Part shown: piece by piece, positions 58,101 through 64,000 of the stretch
Layout of the letters: each line of letters begins with the position of its first letter
Numbering within the stretch: position 1 is the stretch's first letter
From: Naegleria gruberi
Lineage: Eukaryota
Direction: 5' to 3' (one strand)
DNA: 64,000 bases
Assembly (NCBI GenBank): GCA_000004985.1
Contig: GG738846.1
Notes under the pieces: model-generated
What the model was told of the DNA's origin: nothing
Seen by the model: the letters and a program-made list of their open reading frames with translations, nothing else
The model's database searches: none
Translations under genes and position numbers: made by a program

Positions 58101-61100
58101 TCAATTGAACAATAGTCAATATGGCAATGATCGTGAAAGGAAGTAAACTGACATTCTTGTATTGGTACTTGTATAGACCAATGCTCTTTGGGGTAAGATA
58201 TCCGTAATATGAAGGAATTTCAATTGACTTGTCCAATTCATGTTCTCTGATAAGTTGCTTTGCTCTTTCAACTTCTGGCAAGATACTTTGAATGTAGGCG
58301 TACAGGGATGGGAATTGATAAGCATACTCTACAACAAATACCAAAGTAGAATAGAAAACAAAGACGTACCACAAGCCAACAAAGAATTGGAATAATCTGT
58401 AACCAGCTTTTGTGGAATTTGAATTGTGAACTGAGAGAACATTTAAACAGAAACATGCCATAACAATCATTAGGAATATGAATCCAATAAATGATGCTTC
58501 TTCTTGAAGGAAAATTACCAAAAAGACTGCAAAATAACTTGCCAAAGTTCCTAAAAAGTTTAACAATTCAGTTTCTAAAAAGATCTTATCCCAAACAAGA
58601 ATTAATTTTTCAAAGAATGTGTGCAAGTATGGATTCTTTTCTTTTGTAAACATATCCCATTGATCAAAACTAGTATTAACATTCACATTACCAACTGTCT
58701 TTACATTTGAAATATGATATTGAATACTGGTCAATGTTAGAATGAAAATGTGCCAAATAAGTCCTTTCCAAAACACTCCAAAACTACTTGTACTAATTTG
58801 ATTTTCAATTGTAATAAATGATGGATTAAAACCTATAATTTCATACGGTAAATCAACAACTTCAGGTGCGTACCACACATTGAAGAAGTACAAGGCAAGA
58901 ATAACAAATTGACAATATAGAACTAATAAAATCCATGTTTTTCTTGCAAAGGATGGGAAAATGAAATAGACAGCACAAAATATTACTTGGAAAATGTTAA
59001 ATTCACAGTGTGAAAAAGTAACTTACAATAAATAGCATGAAGTAAATCAGCATTTTCAGATGTCAAATCGGCAAAGTAGCAAACAATCAAACTCAAATAG
59101 AAACTGTTTCTCACAAAGAGAATGAGCAATACTTTCCAAATATAGTCAAAGAGTATAATCTTAATAGTTTGTAAAATCAACTTGATCTTAACCCAAACTC
59201 TTTTAGATGTATTTTGTGGTTCACACTCAACCTCTCCCAAATTATTGTCTGCTTCATCATTGATTTTATCCAATTCAGTCATGTCAACATTAGTTGGGTC
59301 TCTAATAGAATCTGAGAATACTGAATCATGAATAGATTGATCACCCATTGCAGGAGACATTATAACATCCAAATCACTATCTTCCTCATTGGTATAATAG
59401 ATGGATCTACGTTTAATATCCATAGAAGTTGATCTGTTACTATTAACAGAATCATTTGGAACAAGGGGAGCTGTATCATCCATTCCATAGTTATTATTGA
59501 TAGAACGTTTGTGGAACCAATATTTTGTAGATTTTAAAAATGCTAAACGTTATTCGAGTATTTGAATAAGAAAACATACCTTTTCGTTGAGAACCAGTCG
59601 AAGCAGCAGCAGTATTACTTGTTGATACTGTTTTTTTATGTCTCTTCAATAGCTTGGATACAGCACTAACTCTTACAGTCAACCCCATAAATAAGGACAA
59701 GATTAATTGACCAAAAATGACTGCAACAAGAACAATAGATCTACCACTATCACTAACATCTGTTAAAAAAGCTCCAACAGTTGTTCCTACAATGGCTCTA
59801 TAGAGAATTCCTTGAAGAGGATAAAACAATACTCCTCCACTTCCAGATGGATTAAATTCTTTTAGTAAAAGTAGTATGTGAAAAATTAAATAAATAATTA
59901 CAATTAAAACATACCATTTGCTGACATTTCTGTGGTTTGTGGAATGTATGATGCAAAATTTGGCATTTGGAAAACATATTGAGCACAAATATAAAGCAAA
60001 CTATAAATGAAACAGAAAGGTAACAGAATTACCATGACCTTATTGGTTTCAAATCTTGGTCCTGGTGATAAAACCATACCAAGATAAAGGAAAAGTAAAT
60101 AGGGAAGTGAACACAAACTTGGAACGGACAAAATGATACAAATCAATGCAATCATCAATGCATAGAGAATGAACTTTTGCAATTGTTCATATAAGAACAT
60201 TCTAAACTTGTAAGATGATTCATAAATGGAATGTACACCACCTGCAATTCCACCCATTGAAGTGTGTTCATCAATTTCTATTAATCTTCTCTCTTCAGAT
60301 TTATAGTACAAATCCTGAAGATATTCCTCAGAGTTTGTATCCAAATCTTCCTTATTAGAAATCATGGTTGGCAAAAGTGTTAAAAACTTTTTAACTTGTC
60401 TTTGTAGTTCTCTTTCTTGTAAAACTTTTGCAATATATTGACAAACAAAGTTACAAGCCAAGATGAATGTAATTAGAACAAATGTGATGAAAACATATCC
60501 AGTGTAGAACTTTTTGAAAAATTCAAATGATTTCAAATTACCATCAATATCAAAAAATCCAGCCATTTTACCATACGGATTTTGTAAAATCATTTTAGAA
60601 AAGTAACCAGTTGAGGAGATTGAATTGGTTTGGAAACGTGTTAAAAAGTAGAAAATGAGCAAGAGTATAGAATAAACTTGTGTAAATATAAATAATCTAA
60701 TGATGAATTGTAATAGTTATGAAAATTATTATAATTATATATTAAATTTAAAATAAACATACCCAATTGAAATAAAAGTCTTCAAGCTACCAAAACTGGC
60801 AAGTGTAATAATTAAAAAACTCAATAATAAATAAGGAATTCCTACAAAACTTGGATAAAAACTTGCAGTAATCATCAAAAAGAGTGCGAATATAATCAAT
60901 TTCAATTCATGAATATTGACATGTTTCTTTTCAGTCTTTTCCTTTGGAGGCATTGATCCAACATGAGTTACTGAAGTTTTCAATTCTTGTACAGAACATG
61001 TCAAGAGCTTTGGATGTTTAGTAAAAACACCAGGTAAATCCCACATGTACATGGTAGCTCCCTTAACTTTAGGAATTGATTCAATTTGTTGTTTCTTCAA

Positions 61101-62282
61101 AGCTGAATCATCCAATTTAGTATTAGAAGTAGAAACCTTAGTTGTCACAACATCATCCACTTGCATGGCATACATGGTTTCATTCTGACCTTCTCCAATA
61201 TCAATTGTTGTTATTCCTGTATCAGTGGATTTAACAGTTTCTACTTTACCACTCATATTAATAAGGGAAGATTTAAAAGTTGACGGTGTTACTTTCTTAA
61301 TTTTTAAAGAAACACCTTCCTTTTCTAATTTTAATCTTCTTCTCCATAAAACTGAAAGGAAAATAAAACAAGTAAATGAGAAAATAATAACAAGAGCATC
61401 TGGAATGACATGAATTAGAATGAATGAAATGTCTTTCCCTTTCAAACTGTTAATTAAATACATAGTAATTGTTGTTGTTAATATGATAACATAATGAAAA
61501 CAAACCTCACAAATCCAATATCTGTCAAAACATCTGTCAAATAATTATCATTAATAGAAACAACACTGACAACAATAGTACCAATAAAATAACAAATAGA
61601 AACAAGTAAAGATATTGACAATGTACTAAATCTCGGAATCATCATCCAAATTCTGTTAATTCCAACTTTTTGAAAATATGGATAAAAACTTGGTGTTAAA
61701 TTGTGTAAAAAGAATATTAACATGTATGTTAAATTAATAAATGATGGTCTAATAGCAAAAGCTATTATTATTGTAATATTAAATAAATTGTAATATATCA
61801 ATTAATTATAATATATTTAAAAGTTAAAATAACAAATACATACACACTAATAATGACAAGTAAAACAATACACAAATAATGATAGATATAATTTCTAATA
61901 CAAGTGTTTTTCCAATAACTTCATCTGTTAAATTTGTCATTTGGTCCAAAGCATTGAACGATGTTTGACTTTGTTCAATACTTGATTGATCATCAGCAAT
62001 GTCAATGTCTCCTCCTCCTCTAATACCACCACCACTTGTAGTAGTTTGTATTGTTGAGAGAATATCCGATTTACTATCATCCATTATCAAATCATCATCT
62101 AATAATGATGGTGAAATATCATTGTTATTATTAATAATGTTATTATCGTTATTGTTGTTATTGTTGTTATTGTTGTAATTAAATGTTAAATAGGAGGGTG
62201 TTGTTTCATCAGCACTGTTACCTAACATGGAGGATCTTCTCCTCTGATTATCATTGTTGTTGTCAGTAGTGATAGTATTCAT
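52153..62282 (-). CDS. piezo: Piezo-type mechanosensitive cation channel, 7 exons: 61844..62282, 61506..61761, 60763..61446, 59915..60696, 59580..59858, 59027..59542 and 52153..58985; 3262 aa.
   Basis: The C-terminal pore region is diagnostic: ...PFYQNEYF..., GGPFFFIQ, ...ILCYCQDIYKAREDKDLAMEETMFVNLLRIFRSTELLQIWTRD. There are dozens of TM helices throughout. The N-terminal exon has poly-Asn. Introns of 82, 59, 66, 56, 37 and 41 nt (donors GTATGT or GTTTGT, acceptors AG) are all phase-consistent, and the CDS of 9789 nt is divisible by 3. An alternative acceptor at 58923 would lengthen the last intron to 104 nt. Confidence 0.85.
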
Positions 62283-62630
62283 GATGATGAGAGTGTGTAC
62301 TAATAATCACCACAAAATAATGTCACTCAACAATTGAAGAGTATGTGTTACACGACAATATCCGATTTAAATAACAACACACACACCGAGTGAATGAAGG
62401 AGGTTAACAAATGATGATTTTTTAATGAGGTTATCCAAACAGGAGACCTAACTTGTTGTGTGAAATGAATTGGACAATTTAGACCGAACAACGATGGAAT
62501 TGGTGAATTAGCTGCAAATAAGTGGTGTTACATTCAATTTTCAAAGGAGTGAATTGTGTGATTTATTTTCAATCCGACCACCACAGAGAGATTAAACTCT
62601 TTTCACATAGAAATCATAAGATATTATTCT

Positions 62631-64000
62631 TCAATAATTAGCAGCTGCTGCCATAGAATATGTTGACTGACCATTAGCAAGTGGAATATTCATCATGGAA
62701 CGAGCATATCTAGTTTCTGCCACCTTAATCTTTTGTGATTTTTCATCCTCAACTCTGTATCTCTTCCGACAATACACTGCAATTACAATAAGAATTATCA
62801 CAATAATGCAACAACACACCAACAAGATTGCTCCAACAATTGTAATGGCAACTACTCCTAAAAGAGTCCAATCGAATGAATAGGTGGTTGTTGCTTTCAT
62901 TTGTCCAATCAATATAACATTACCCAACTTGTTACAGGTACAACTAATTGATGTTCCTGTGTAGGCTTTGACACTACAACCAAACACAACTTTCAAAGCC
63001 TGATCATAGTAGGCACAATAAGTTTTCGAATAATTGAATGAATCTGAAATGTTTCTCAATGGGAATGTATAAACAATGGTAGAGTAGTCTACCATATTAT
63101 TATTAATGTTATCTTCTCCAAAATCTAAAGAAATTGAGAATGGTGAAATAACATATGGTGTAATGATAAATCCACTTTCGGTAATGGTCATTCTATCAGC
63201 AATTTTAAAAATGTCCTTTGTTGTCAAAACTGAATAAACAATATTGCTTTTAGAAAAAGCCTTTGGGAAAACATCGCCAATAAATGAAACAGATGAATCT
63301 TCTCCCAAGTCAATTTTGATTCCCTTGTATTGTAATCTTGGTACCTTTGCTGAAACTAATCTAAATGTTGTGGAAATGAATTGGGATGGATCAGTTCCAA
63401 TAATTTTGTTTCTCATTAGGAATCTAGAAGACTTTTTTGCTAGGGCCACAGCAGATATCATATTGTCTTCTTCACCTCTGAATGATCTCCACTCAAAATA
63501 TTTGAACATTGATTCTAAAGAGTAGTGGATCAGTAATTGAACATTTTTTGATGGAATGATTTCTTGAGTTTCAGTCATTCTGGTGAGTGTTTTATCGAGA
63601 AGGGAAATAGTGTTGGATACAACACTTGTTGCCACAGAGGTATAATCTCTCAACATTGAATCAATGGCAACAAGAATCAAATGTAAATGGTAAATGTTTG
63701 GATCTGGGTGCATAATTAGAGCAGTTTTCAAGTCTGACATTAAACTGACCAAATTATCTTGAAGTTCTTTGAAATCGGCAATTTTCATTGAACAATCTGA
63801 TCCATAATATCCTTCAATACATGTACAAACACCTTCACTCACAACACCGTTCATACAAGTAGTTCTATTTGGGTTATTCATATTGGCTGAAATTGACCTC
63901 ACAATAGCACTGGCAGTGTAGAGATTTAAATTCCAATTTCCTTCAGAATTTGAGTAAAGATCAGTCCAAAATGAAACTTTTTCCAAAATATTCTTTTCAA
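62631..64000 (-). CDS. Single-pass membrane protein with an EGF-like Cys motif (3' part; the 5' end runs off the window)
   Basis: The ORF is open to the window edge. It contains CMNGVVSEGVCTCIEGYYGSDC, a TM helix LLGVVAITIVGAILLVCCCIIVIILIVIAVY and a short cytoplasmic tail ending AAAANY*. Confidence 0.4.
   Translation of the reverse strand, partial: EKNILEKVSFWTDLYSNSEGNWNLNLYTASAIVRSISANMNNPNRTTCMNGVVSEGVCTCIEGYYGSDCSMKIADFKELQDNLVSLMSDLKTALIMHPDPNIYHLHLILVAIDSMLRDYTSVATSVVSNTISLLDKTLTRMTETQEIIPSKNVQLLIHYSLESMFKYFEWRSFRGEEDNMISAVALAKKSSRFLMRNKIIGTDPSQFISTTFRLVSAKVPRLQYKGIKIDLGEDSSVSFIGDVFPKAFSKSNIVYSVLTTKDIFKIADRMTITESGFIITPYVISPFSISLDFGEDNINNNMVDYSTIVYTFPLRNISDSFNYSKTYCAYYDQALKVVFGCSVKAYTGTSISCTCNKLGNVILIGQMKATTTYSFDWTLLGVVAITIVGAILLVCCCIIVIILIVIAVYCRKRYRVEDEKSQKIKVAETRYARSMMNIPLANGQSTYSMAAAANY

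Noticed and set aside
1-64000. Prokaryotic-style systems (operons, CRISPR arrays, defence islands) and mobile elements
   Set aside because: The sequence is eukaryotic: it has spliceosomal introns, a GPI protein, Piezo and VPS13. No direct-repeat or spacer arrays, no transposase or integrase ORFs, and no long or inverted terminal repeats were seen. No rRNA gene or tRNA cloverleaf was identified by eye either.

Overview
This window is eukaryotic nuclear DNA. It is AT-rich, gene-dense (about one gene per 2.5 kb, on both strands) and has many very short GT-AG introns of 37-82 nt, plus a few of 100-270 nt. Asn-rich low-complexity coding runs, together with cystatin, cathepsin B, Piezo, Sey1 and VPS13 homologues, suggest a dictyostelid-like amoebozoan, but the taxon cannot be fixed from sequence alone. 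No prokaryotic-style features (operons, CRISPR) were found, and no rRNA or tRNA was seen.

Recognisable genes, in order along the window:
- a membrane-anchored histidine acid phosphatase (2 exons)
- a roughly 3,000-aa VPS13 lipid-transfer protein whose reading frame is broken near 10.9 kb
- TFIIH p8/TTDA (2 exons)
- a stefin-type cystatin
- a K/E-rich protein, a MYND zinc-finger protein and an MFS transporter
- class-2 dihydroorotate dehydrogenase
- an acidic S/D/E-rich protein
- an ABCB half-transporter (3 exons)
- a Zn2Cys6 binuclear-cluster transcription factor (4 exons)
- a 7TM receptor-like protein with a Cys-rich ectodomain
- the Sey1/RHD3 ER-fusion GTPase (3 exons)
- an ORC5-like protein
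- a multi-exon importin-beta/exportin-like gene
- several lineage-specific secreted or K/E-rich proteins
- cathepsin B (10 exons, including a putative 5-nt micro-exon)
- a 1,764-aa GPI-anchored mucin/EGF-repeat surface glycoprotein with near-identical internal tandem repeats
- a 3,262-aa Piezo mechanosensitive channel (7 exons)
- a partial EGF-containing membrane protein at the window end

The most interesting signals are:
- the broken VPS13 frame (cryptic 77-nt intron or genuine frameshift)
- the 5-nt micro-exon in cathepsin B
- the rapidly evolving repeat glycoprotein
- a non-fungal Zn2Cys6 factor
- convergent gene pairs with stop codons under 110 bp apart
- a degenerate 75-bp duplication
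- GC-elevated non-coding islands in divergent promoters
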